64,000 nt of DNA from assembly GCA_032718475.1 (NCBI GenBank), contig JAUCBJ010000608.1, positions 1-64,000 of the forward strand, in the 5' to 3' direction. The translations under genes and the position numbers were made by a program. Below the pieces are notes generated by a model, which had not been told where the DNA came from, made no database searches, and was given only the letters and a program-made list of their open reading frames with translations. Below are positions 34,501 to 44,877 of this stretch, in pieces (positions within the stretch are counted from its first letter, which is position 1; every line of letters begins with the position of its first letter). The DNA comes from Nemertoderma westbladi (lineage: Eukaryota > Animalia > Xenacoelomorpha).

Positions 34501-34660
34501 ACTACTAACCTCGTTATCTCTCTCCCCGTACCAGTAACAGAGCCCCACTACTACTAACCTCGTTCTCTCTCTCCCCGTACCAGTAACAGAGCCCCACTAC
34601 TACTAACCTCATTCTCTCTGTCCCCGTACCGGTAACAGTGCCCCACTACTACTAACCTCG
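31512..34660 (-). repeat. About 47-51-bp tandem array (about 63 units) beginning at, and reiterating, the GPCR TM7-exon splice donor
   Basis: Minus-strand unit CGAG|GTTAGTAGTAGTGGGGCTCTGTTACYGGTAYGGGGAGAGAGAGAA. Length variation comes from the internal (GA)n tract. Confidence 0.95.
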
Positions 34661-34775
34661 GATCATTGCCAATATGTGACTTCGATAGTTGTCATTGAGA
34701 AATATGTAAGTTAGAGTGTCGACAGTAGAATTACTCATGGCTAGCCCCTCCACCACATAGTAGGTTTGTACGCTC
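34657..34775 (-). CDS. Prokineticin-receptor-like GPCR exon (TM7 and helix 8)
   Basis: Translates SVQTYYVVEGLAMSNSTVDTLTYIFLNDNYRSHILAMIR. The YVVE..AMSNS motif resembles PROKR TM7. Acceptor TTGTTCTAG|, donor GAG|GTTAGT. Confidence 0.85.
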
Positions 34776-35152
34776 CTAGAACAATACAGAACATAGCATT
34801 ATCTATGACATTTCCAATGACATTTTCAGTTTTATTTATTAAGCAATGAAATTTATTATTTTGCAATTCTGTACGTGTGAGGGGATATTATTGTTCTAAT
34901 CGACAATAATTGTTTTAAGGTGAAATACATACTGTATATATAAGGCATACCTACAGTAGTTGAGCCATTACATATTACTTGACACGCTGTAATGCACGCA
35001 TTGCATCTAGGATTCCCCTGGTAGTTGTACAAAATGCTTCATATGTTCTCTATCTACAGTATCATCAGAATAGTAGGCCTACACTGTTAATTACAATATA
35101 ATTATTATTATGTATTTTTATTGATCAACAAACATATTTTCAGTTTTCTCAC

Positions 35153-35318
35153 CGTTTGCGTTCAGTTAACGGAGAATCAGCGACATTTGCGTAGAATGCG
35201 TAGAAATAATAGGGACCCCAGAGAATCGCGAAAGCTGAACACAAAATCAGGAATAAACGCACCATTCGCTGTTTGGATTTCAACGCCTGTTTCGCTTGGT
35301 TGGCTGTCAATCGTTGGT
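35153..35318 (-). CDS. Prokineticin-receptor-like GPCR exon (ICL3 and TM6)
   Basis: Translates DQRLTANQAKQALKSKQRMVRLFLILCSAFAILWGPYYFYAFY. The AG/GT sites and phases fit the neighbouring exons. Confidence 0.85.
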
Positions 35319-35920
35319 CTAATTGATGAAAATTTCAAAAAGTGTTTCATAAGTTACAGAACAATACATACTCATATTTGAATAGCAAACACACACGGTT
35401 CCACACCTGTCTGTACTTTTACACGTAGCCAAAAAGTACCAGTATTTACCAGAAAATGGGGCAAATTCTGTTCAATTTAGATTTAAGAGAGGTAACATCC
35501 ATCTGTTTATAATTAAAATTTATATAAACGAGATAAGTGTAAAGCAAAAATTAAAATAAAATTAGTTCTTAGTTAATTCCATTTACCGGTACTACCACTT
35601 GCTTACCGGTACCACTTGCTTACAGGTACCATTTGATTTGCTTACCGGTACCACTTGCTTACCGGTAGGCCTACCATTGCTTGATAAAGGAACCCGTAAG
35701 GGTTTTCAAATATTACAATAATTTCATTTGTATTTTTGCTTTAACGTTATCCCGTTTATATAAATTTAAATTATGTTCAATTTGTTTGGAGTTTATATAA
35801 ACTGTACTTTCAATATTATAGGCCTATAATAGTCACATGCACCATAATACAAAATTTACATGATTTTTTATATTTCCTTTCCATATTATATTCCTTATAA
35901 TGATAAAGTAAGTATTTTAC

Positions 35921-36089
35921 CTGGAAACTTTTTGTCTCTTATCCAAAGTGTGTAACCAATCACCGAGTAACATACAATCATTAAAACCAGTGGAATTATG
36001 TATTGTAGAACAAAGAGACTGGTTTCGTATATGAACAAGGATTTCGGCCTTGGCCAGACCTCTGCACACACTGTGAAGTTTCTATCATT
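35921..36089 (-). CDS. Prokineticin-receptor-like GPCR exon (ECL2 and TM5)
   Basis: Translates NDRNFTVCAEVWPRPKSLFIYETSLFVLQYIIPLVLMIVCYSVIGYTLW. Acceptor TTTTCAG|, donor CAG|GTAAAA. Confidence 0.87.
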
Positions 36090-36778
36090 CTGAAAAGTTA
36101 AATTTAGAAAAATTTAGATAAAACAAGAATTAAATAGTTAGAGACTTTAATAATCTTAAATAGTTACTTTTTTTGTTCGAATATATGATTTTGTTCCCCA
36201 AAATTCGGGAGAAAAAGTAGTACTTTTTCCCTAGGGAAATAAGTAACACATACAGTAGGATTGCGTTTATATTACATTTTTCCCTGTGAAAAAAGTAAAT
36301 TCAAATATTTTTGGTGGAATTTCTTAAATTTTATTTTATGTATTGAAAGAGCATCGAAGTAGAAAAGGTAATTTGAGCTAATTCCATACACACATTCAAA
36401 TAAAACCTACTTTTTTCCCATATAATAAATATTAAATTATTACTTCCAAAACATCGGATTCATAATTTGTACAAAGTATTAATGGCTTTGAGGATGTGGA
36501 ATATGTTGCTAATAGACTATTTTGAATTTTTTAATATTCGTTTGGCATTTGTACTAAAACTAAAATTAACTGTAATTTTTTTTTAATTTTAATTTTACTA
36601 AAAACAAAAATGTACATTGAAATCATTAATAATTGTCTTTTTTCAGAACATTGAAGAAATCACCCTTAACCCACCGCTTGTTATGGAACTGGCTGGGACT
36701 TTGTTGTAGCGGGTACCGGTAAGTATGCCTAAGGATGTAACTACAATAAATTACTGGTACCCTTTGGAGACGACTTAC

Positions 36779-36908
36779 AGTGATTAGGTTTGTATGCGAA
36801 ATGACAGGACAGGCAAGTGCAGCTGAAAATATCCATATCAGTGCCAAGATCAGACAGACTCCTGCCCGTGGTATTCTCTGTTTCATTGGCCACATTGTAA
36901 TGTATAAC
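36779..36908 (-). CDS. Prokineticin-receptor-like GPCR exon (ICL2 and TM4); upstream exons not located in the window
   Basis: Translates (R)LYITMWPMKQRIPRAGVCLILALIWIFSAALACPVISHTNLIT. Acceptor TTTTCTTACAG|, donor ACT|GTAAGT. Confidence 0.85.
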
Positions 36909-37782
36909 CTGTAAGAAAATAATTAATTGGTATACTAAAATTATCATTGGTTTAACTACGACAGACGGAGTCCACCACCAACTCTTACAATTTGACATTT
37001 ACAATACAGAAGTGTAAAATAAGAGCTATGGAGGTAAAACCTATTTGAGTGATTGATTTGTTTTAATTCCGGTACAAAGCTAATGGAAGTCTATGATCAA
37101 GACTGTCGTCCATGATCATGAACCAAAGATATGTTCACGGTTTGCGGCCTACATGCAGCACAATGAAGTTGAGCGTAGTGGAATTAATTTTATTGAGGGA
37201 AAAGGACGGTATGTTTGCCATGTAGACTTGAATGGGGAAGGTTGATATGATGAGTGATAATTCCTTACCCTGGCAGTAATAGACACATATAATAAGATTA
37301 TATATGTACATTATAATAGGAATACGGCAAGCTTGAATAGATCAATGTCAAGCCACTCTACTACATAACCAATAGAATTGTTCAAGAATTCAAATAGAAA
37401 TCCATTGGTTCCACTATTAGGAATTTAGAATCATTTTATTACTGTCTGTTAAGTGAGATGTATACTATCAATGTGAGATGCGTTTGATCCAGATAGATCA
37501 GTACAATAATCATATATCTAACCGGTAGGTATTTGGAATCATTTTATTAGTGTCTGTTAAGTGATGAGATGGTATACTATCAATGAGCGATGCGTTTGGT
37601 CGAGATATATCAGTATAATAATCATATATCTAACCGGTAGGTGTACAGGATAAGCACGTACATATGGTGTATTTCACATACGGTATTATAAAGGGATTAC
37701 ACAAACACCTTCGGTGGGGGGTGGTGGGTGGTGGTTATGAGTTTGGTGCGTTTATGAACGTTTTATAAAACGTCAATAGTAG

Positions 37783-38460
37783 CTATTTGCGTAGCCTTAG
37801 GGGCAGTCGGATGGTTCTCCCCAAATGGGTGTGGATAACGCTTGGGGGCGCCACGTGTGGGGTAGGTGTCGGTGACTGCACATGGGCTGGCGCCAGTGGG
37901 GTGCGACTGACAGCCTCACTCCAAGTAGCCGCAATGGCGTCGAGTTGGTGGAAGGTTTTACGCCACTTCTCATCGACGACGCGACGCAGTGAAGTGGACG
38001 GGGAGGGAATCGTGGATGTTGTGGCCATAAAGCAGTTTGGCGGGTGAGTGTCCACCGTAATGTGGGGTGTTATGGAATGCGAGTATCCCCTGCGCTATCC
38101 TGCCTGAATCGAGTTTGCACGCGGCACGACCATTGGTGCGTTGGAGGTGGGGGCTGGATGGTTCCAGGTGACGCCCCACTGCTGGAGAAATTGTTTTACC
38201 TCCTCTGAAACGAGTTGTGTTCCTCCGTCTGAGTGGAAGATGGTAGGCACAGATGTGGTGTGCAACAGCTGTCGTAGGCAGATCATGATGGGGGTCGACG
38301 TTGTGTTTGAGTTCAGGAGGAATAACGTCAGCCATCTGGTGAACTCATCAGTGACAATGAGGTAGTGGATCTGTTCGACCTGGACGAGGTCGGCATGGAC
38401 GTGTCAGAATGGGCGAGTCGCGTCGGTGTTGCGTTGCAGTGGTTCCACCATGTGGGATGG
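37783..38460 (-). pseudogene. Degraded Gypsy-type integrase fragment of an older LTR element
   Basis: Frameshifted pieces VPTIFHSDGGTQLVSEEVKQFLQQWGVTW and ILAFHNTPHYGGHSPAKLLYGH. Confidence 0.75.
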
Positions 38461-38667
38461 GAGGGTTGTCTGTTAAGATTGGCACTGCTCTGCTTTTTAA
38501 TAAATATTATAAAAGAAGTGCTAGCTATAAATTTTGATAAATATTATAAATATTGTTAAATATTATATTAGAACACGTATAAGCTACCAAATGTTGATAA
38601 ATATTGTTGTTCTAGAACATTTTTAGTAAAAAAAATTATCATACAACCCTTATTTAAAAAAATTGTT

Positions 38668-39240
38668 AATATCGATATTTTTACTCTCGATATTTTTCAA
38701 CATTCTATATTTTTTTCAACACTCGATATTTTTACTCTCGATATTTTTCAACACTCGATATTTTTCAACACTCGATATTTTTCAACATTCGATATTTTTA
38801 CTCTCGATATTTTTCAACACTCGATATTTTTACTCTCGATATTTTTCAACACTCGATATTTTTACTCTCGATATTTTTACTCTCAATATTTTTACTCTCG
38901 ATATTTTTCAACACTCGATATTTTTACTCTCGATATTTTTCAACACTCGATATTTTTACTCTCGATATTTTTCAACACTCGATATTTTTACTCTCGATAT
39001 TTTTCAACACTCGATATTTTTACTCTCGATATTTTTCAACACTCGATATTTTTACTCTCTATATTTTTACTCTCGATATTTTTCAACACTCGGTATTTTT
39101 ACTCTCGATATTTTTACCCTCGATATTTTTACTCTCGATATTTTTTGAACTCTCGATATTATCGTTATTTTTCAACACTCGATGTTTTTACTCGCGTTAT
39201 TTTTACTCTCGATATTTTTCATGTCTCGATATTTTTCAAT
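38668..39240 (-). repeat. CTCGATATTTTT minisatellite (reverse complement of the 29675-30105 family)
   Basis: Directly visible mixed 15-17 bp units. Confidence 0.9.
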
Positions 39241-39356
39241 ATAACCAAATGTGCAATGCGTTTGGTCCAGATAGAGCAGTATAATAATCATAGATCTATA
39301 TCTAACCAGTAGGTGTCCATTTTAAGCACGTACCACGGTTAATTACATATGCAGTA

Positions 39357-42300
39357 TGGTATAAAATGAGTTTAATAATGTGGTATTATATAATAATAAT
39401 ATAATGTATAAAATATAAACGCAATGTCAATGAATCTAAGGTACACATTGCATAATATACATGGATGTAATAGCCCTCCACCATCTGCTTAATCCCACTA
39501 TGCAAACAATGAATACATACATTGTGATGAGGTGCTTTACACTAATATTGATGCGGCATTATTGCATACTACACCATGCCCCCCTTAAGTCTTTTTAGTT
39601 CGATATGAGCCCATTCCCCTATGAGTCCTTTAGTATCAATATCGTTTGTGAGTCATATATATTCATAACATTAGTCTATCGGGTTTTTTTTTATCACGCT
39701 TGCTGCGTCTTACATAAGTCCAAACGCCATCACCGTCGATGTCATCATGATCATTGTCGCTGTATTGCTTCTGATCGTGATCTATACTATTACCACCTTG
39801 TTGGACTACTTCCTCCTTGTTCTCTGGTTCTCTGTGGTTTTCTGGTTCTCCATCACTAAGAAGGCGAAGGAAGCGGCGGTTTCTCCAGTACTCTCGTCCA
39901 TTGTCAGCAGCAATTAGGTAACTGCGGTTCCTTGAACAATCCTTGATAATAGTACCTTTCAGGTCCCATTTCTTCGTCTGGTGGTGCTGAATTCTGACTC
40001 GGTCTCCTTGTGTGAAATTGGTTATTTCACGAGTACCTCTGTCATACAATTCCTTTGAGATTATCTGATTATGTGCGGCTTTAACATCGGCAAATTGTAT
40101 ATCATGTTCATCTGCATTTTTGAATGATGTTGCAGACGTTGTCAACTTACTTCTCAACTGCCTTCCTATGACCCGCTGAGCCGGGCTGAGACCATCGGCA
40201 CGGGGTGTGTTTCTGTATTCCAGTAACGCGTTTGCGAATTCATCTGTCGAAATGTCGCCCTTTGGACATACCTTTACAACCAAATCTTTGATACATATTA
40301 CTGCCGCTTCTGCGTATCCATTGGATTCATGGTTGTATGGTGAAGATGGTTGATGGTTAATTCCCCATTCTTGACAAAAGTTTTTAAATTCAGTTCTAAA
40401 TTGTGGCCCCCCATCCGTTGTGAGCCTATCAGGAATGCCCATATTTGTAAACCAAACTCTGAATTTCTTCTTAGTAGTATAGGTGTCAACCCCACCGTGC
40501 CCACATTCGAAAACATCAGGCCATCCTGAGTATTTATCGGTGATAACTAGATATTCTTTAGCAGCATGGGCGAAGAAATCAGCCGCTATTGATTCACCAG
40601 GCCTTGTGGGTCGCACATCAGCCATCATAGGTTCCTTCCGATTACTAGCTTTATGGACCTCGCACTCATTACACTCCGAAACTAATGTCCCTATGTCATT
40701 GCTGATCCCAGGCCAAAAGACGCACATCCGTGCCCTTCTGAGGGCTCTGTCACGCCCTTGGTGTGCTGCATGCAATTCTTTTAAAACAACTTTACGCATG
40801 GCTACGGGTATAACAATGCGATTCTCTGCATACATGACCACATTGTCAACAATTGATAGCCCATAACGAAAATTCCAATATGGTCTTAACATTTCACTAA
40901 CCATGTGTTTGGTGGGTGGAAATCCTGAAGCGATTAGCTTACGAAGTTCAAAATAAGCTGGGTCACGATTTGCCTCTTGTTTAACCTTTTCCCAGCCTAC
41001 ACCCTTGGTGTTTGTCGTGGGTGGACAGACATTTACTGTATTAAGGCTGTGTGCTGCGCTTAACAATGAGGTGTGAGCGAACTCTTCTATTTCGGTCTCA
41101 CCTTGTTCATCTTCTGTCGTTGGATGTGAAACTGGGAACCTAGAAAATGTGTCTACTACTGTATGTGTAATTCCTTGTCTCCATATAGCAGAAGGTCTGT
41201 AGCAGGCAAGCTTTTCTTTTAAACGAATGATTCGTGGTGTCTCGATTTGGTCTAATGTTTTTCCATTGATGATGGATATGAGAGGTTTATGGTCTACAAT
41301 GAGCTCAAAATGAGCCCCCTGAAGAAATAATTTGCTCTTGTGAGTGGCCCATACTACGCCAAGGAGTTCTATTTCAGTAGCTGAGTATCTCGATTCAGTT
41401 GTCGTCAATGTTCTAGAACCGCACTGCAGTAGCTTCCATATACCTGCTTTGTCTTGTTGCCATAGTGCAAATCCTAGACCTTTTGATTGGGCTGCATCGG
41501 TTTCTAACCGTAGTGGAGCATCAGGTATGAAGTTAGTGAGTACTCTAGGGGACATAAGGATCTCTATTATTGATTTAAAAGCCTTTCTTTGGTCTGCTTC
41601 CCATATAAACCGGGTCTTATGCGAGGTTAGAGCCATAAGAGGTTTTGCTGCTTGTGCCAAGTCTGGTGTGAAGGCCTGAAATTGTTGGATAAGGCCACAG
41701 AATGATCTCACATCAGTTGTTGACTTCGGCTCTGGGAAGTTTCTGAGTGCACTTGTCAGGGAAGGGTTAACACTATAACCATTTTGGTTGACAACATAAC
41801 CGCACCATTCTACTTCAGGTTTCCCAAACATGAATTTGCGCTTACTAAGCGTTATACCATTGTCATTAAAACGTTGTAAGATAGAACGCACCCTCCGTTC
41901 ATGATCATCTATGTTGGTGTCATATACGATGACATCTTCAACCACCTTCTTAAAATTATCAACGCCTTCCATGGCAGTGTCGCCTCTGCTATCGTGCTCA
42001 TCACCGGCGCTAGACAATCCCATGGGGTTTCTGAGAAATTGTTCTCTGCCCCATGGTGTGATAAAAGTAGTCATATCTCGTGCACTATCAGTAAGCGGAA
42101 CTTGCCAATACCCATGTCGTGAATCCATTGTAGTAAAAATAGTCATACCATTAGGAATTTTGGCTACTTCATTTTTGGGTACTTTCGATGGGTGCACTGG
42201 CCTTTTTACATACTTATTCAAAGCTGTGAAATCTACTGTTATTCTTGGCTCTGATGAGTTCTTTTTAGGTGTTACCACCATTGGATGTATCCAATTGGTG

Positions 42301-44628
42301 ACCTCTGTTATTGGTACCTTCCTCGTGATGCCGTTTCTCCTCATCTTTTCCAGCGTTTCTTTCACCTTATCCTCCCAATGGATGGGAACGTTATATGGTT
42401 TACATTTTTTTACTGGAATTGCCCCATCTTCTAATATAATATCCATAGGCGGCCCACTCATGGGTCTCAGTGGACCTTCATCCGCGAAAACGTCTGGGAA
42501 ATCATGTATGAGTGCTTCCTTCATAGCAGTTACCCTTTGTTTCATTGCATCATCTTTACTGTTATTATTGGAATCTGACTCCGTGGCTGTCTTCACATTA
42601 TTGCCTGACGCCATAGGTATCAATGACAACGAAGACACACTTGCTTTACAACTGCCATCACATCTGGCTTGTGGCCATCCTTGAGGTATGAGGCCTAGAA
42701 TAACGCACCCTTCATAACTTAATATTGGATTATTTGTATAATCCAGCACATGTGCCTTGCATTGGTATTCTTTCACACCAAGTCTCAGTGTAAGCTTAAC
42801 CTTTCCATGAGACTCTAACGGCTTTGCATCTGGGCCGATAAGCGTATCGCTATCGGGAATCATCATAAGCCCCCCAGCATCATTATTTCCCAATTCGGCG
42901 AGATCTTGAAGGCTGATAGCATTGCGTTTTGCTCCTGTGTCTGCTAACCATTGTCTGCTACCACTGCGTCTGCTATTTTCGGTATTGGTTGTGTATAGTG
43001 TGATGAGCTTAGTCTCATTATTATCGTAAACAGTAGATATTTCGATGCTTTTAACGTCAATACTGTTAACCGGTTGCCTACTGGCCGGTTTTTTATTGAC
43101 ACGACACATCTTTATAAGATGGCCCCTTTTGCCGCAGTTAAAACAATCAACATTTTTTGCGAAACATTTATCTTTACCATGTGGACGTCCGCAATTCTGA
43201 CATGAAATGCCAGGAGAGTCCCTTACAATCTGCTGCATTTGTGATTTGTATGCCGATCTTTTGACTGCACATAACAATTCCCCATTCACTTTTTCGGTAT
43301 CTGAAATAGACATAGAAGCTACTGGATTATATAACACGCCTGGCTTCTCTAGCGCCATATCTACAGACTGACTAGTCTCGAGTGCTCTGGTTGTCGCGAG
43401 AACATCTGCCATTGTTAGACAGTTCATTGGTGTCTTGAGCACCTCTTGGCGAAGTTTAGACTCTCTTAGGCTTGCCATGAATTGTGTTAATAGGCGATCA
43501 TGTCGATGTATGTCAGCTTTATCACATATTTCTTTTACATCGCACGCCCTATCTAGAGCTTGAAGCGCCATGTAAAACTGTGTTATGTTTTCACCTGGCT
43601 GTTGCTTTCTCTGCACGAAAGCAACTCTATCTAATAACTCATGTCGTTCACCACGTAGATAATTACGCATGCATTTCAGGATATAATTGGTGTCGTCACG
43701 TGGCCCTATCACAATTATACCTTCAGCCCATAGCTTTGTCCACTCAGGGTCCAAAGCCGACCTTAAGACTCCCCTCCGGGCGTCTATGTCTGCATCATTT
43801 AACCTGGTGCCTGCGGCGAAGTCATGCCATCGCTGTTGCCAGTCCTCGAAATCGGTCAATGTGAGACCTGCTGGTGATCTTAGGACAGGGGTGTCCATCT
43901 GGCGGGGTCTTGGCTTACCCATTACTTGTGCGGCACTCGTCATTGGTAGGCGAGCCTTTAGCTCTTCCCGCTTGTTACCGATGTACTTCTGGAAGTATAT
44001 TGTTAGTTTTTGTAAGTTTGTTACATACCTTTCAGTGGCGTCATCCTCTTGTTCATCAAGACCGACGATTTCGTCATGACATGCGGCATACCTTTCAACA
44101 GCCTTCAAGAAAAGGTTAAGTGCAGTATCTAGCGCTTCCACTTCAACATTTCCTTGTCTGTCGTGGTCTAAGTCTTCAAAGGCAGTAATCTCAGACCGTA
44201 ATACAGCTTCTGTTCGTGTACAGTTACTTTTGTACCCTCTTCTACTGGCCTTTAACCTTCTCAGCTCATCTTCTGTGCCGTCAGTTGACATGATTACTAA
44301 TGCCACATAAGTAACACAGATTTATTTTAACATTTCAAACTTACATTAATAATGAAAATTATTGAAAAATTCAAACTTATATAAAATTGCTTAAACACAA
44401 CTGCGCCATGGTATAAAATGAGTTTAATAATGTGGTATTATATAATAATAATATAATGTATAAAATATAAACGCAATGTCAATGAATCTAAGGTACACAT
44501 TGCATAATATACATGGATGTAATAGCCCTCCACCATCTGCTTAATCCCACTATGCAAACAATGAATACATACATTGTGATGAGGTGCTTTACACTAATAT
44601 TGATGCGGCATTATTGCATACTACACCA
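39357..44628 (-). mobile_element. Full-length Ty3/Gypsy LTR retrotransposon (Mag-like organisation)
   Basis: 220-bp LTRs at 39357-39576 and 44409-44628, TG...CA, identical by eye. 5-bp TSD CAGTA (39352-39356 and 44629-44633). PBS-like TGGCGCAG next to the 5' LTR (44408-44401) and PPT AAGGGGGGCA next to the 3' LTR. Confidence 0.96.
39663..44306 (-). CDS. Gypsy gag-pol polyprotein (Gag with CCHC knuckles, protease, RT, RNase H, integrase)
   Basis: Single 1547-aa ORF: CFNCGKRGHLIKMC, LADTGA, PRITVDFTALN...DSRHGYWQVPL, LETDAA...YSATEIELLGV, HQG...CNEC, D-D-E integrase core (ADFF, TDGGPQF, SNGYAEAAV). Confidence 0.96.
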   Translation of the reverse strand: MALVIMSTDGTEDELRRLKASRRGYKSNCTRTEAVLRSEITAFEDLDHDRQGNVEVEALDTALNLFLKAVERYAACHDEIVGLDEQEDDATERYVTNLQKLTIYFQKYIGNKREELKARLPMTSAAQVMGKPRPRQMDTPVLRSPAGLTLTDFEDWQQRWHDFAAGTRLNDADIDARRGVLRSALDPEWTKLWAEGIIVIGPRDDTNYILKCMRNYLRGERHELLDRVAFVQRKQQPGENITQFYMALQALDRACDVKEICDKADIHRHDRLLTQFMASLRESKLRQEVLKTPMNCLTMADVLATTRALETSQSVDMALEKPGVLYNPVASMSISDTEKVNGELLCAVKRSAYKSQMQQIVRDSPGISCQNCGRPHGKDKCFAKNVDCFNCGKRGHLIKMCRVNKKPASRQPVNSIDVKSIEISTVYDNNETKLITLYTTNTENSRRSGSRQWLADTGAKRNAISLQDLAELGNNDAGGLMMIPDSDTLIGPDAKPLESHGKVKLTLRLGVKEYQCKAHVLDYTNNPILSYEGCVILGLIPQGWPQARCDGSCKASVSSLSLIPMASGNNVKTATESDSNNNSKDDAMKQRVTAMKEALIHDFPDVFADEGPLRPMSGPPMDIILEDGAIPVKKCKPYNVPIHWEDKVKETLEKMRRNGITRKVPITEVTNWIHPMVVTPKKNSSEPRITVDFTALNKYVKRPVHPSKVPKNEVAKIPNGMTIFTTMDSRHGYWQVPLTDSARDMTTFITPWGREQFLRNPMGLSSAGDEHDSRGDTAMEGVDNFKKVVEDVIVYDTNIDDHERRVRSILQRFNDNGITLSKRKFMFGKPEVEWCGYVVNQNGYSVNPSLTSALRNFPEPKSTTDVRSFCGLIQQFQAFTPDLAQAAKPLMALTSHKTRFIWEADQRKAFKSIIEILMSPRVLTNFIPDAPLRLETDAAQSKGLGFALWQQDKAGIWKLLQCGSRTLTTTESRYSATEIELLGVVWATHKSKLFLQGAHFELIVDHKPLISIINGKTLDQIETPRIIRLKEKLACYRPSAIWRQGITHTVVDTFSRFPVSHPTTEDEQGETEIEEFAHTSLLSAAHSLNTVNVCPPTTNTKGVGWEKVKQEANRDPAYFELRKLIASGFPPTKHMVSEMLRPYWNFRYGLSIVDNVVMYAENRIVIPVAMRKVVLKELHAAHQGRDRALRRARMCVFWPGISNDIGTLVSECNECEVHKASNRKEPMMADVRPTRPGESIAADFFAHAAKEYLVITDKYSGWPDVFECGHGGVDTYTTKKKFRVWFTNMGIPDRLTTDGGPQFRTEFKNFCQEWGINHQPSSPYNHESNGYAEAAVICIKDLVVKVCPKGDISTDEFANALLEYRNTPRADGLSPAQRVIGRQLRSKLTTSATSFKNADEHDIQFADVKAAHNQIISKELYDRGTREITNFTQGDRVRIQHHQTKKWDLKGTIIKDCSRNRSYLIAADNGREYWRNRRFLRLLSDGEPENHREPENKEEVVQQGGNSIDHDQKQYSDNDHDDIDGDGVWTYVRRSKRDKKKPDRLML

Positions 44629-44877
44629 CAGTATAAAGGGATTACACACTATCCTACTTACTTTTACAATAAACAACCCCAAAAGCTGGAATTATGTGCA
44701 AATTTAATTTCTAGAACTTTCATGTCACAACACCCTAATTTATTCGTATACTCATTATTAAGTGTGAGCTCCATGTGAACGATCACGAACATGTGAATGT
44801 CTGGGTGTCATTCATTGGTATACGCCGATGACTACTACTACTACTAGGATCGGCATGCCGCATTGCAGCTGCATTTT

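Noticed and set aside
32111-34548. Many short minus-strand ORFs (GLCYWYGERER...)
   Set aside because: They are translations of the roughly 50-bp array with shifting frames.
35583-35680. Short CTTACCGGTACCACTTG repeats (donor-like GGTAAG on the minus strand) as a fourth junction array
   Set aside because: They are mid-intron and do not overlap a mapped exon boundary, and ACCGGTA motifs are common throughout the window.
40298-44119. Antisense and alternate-frame ORFs over the Gypsy, LINE, LRRC9 and BEL coding regions
   Set aside because: These are shadow ORFs of genuine coding sequence with no motifs of their own.
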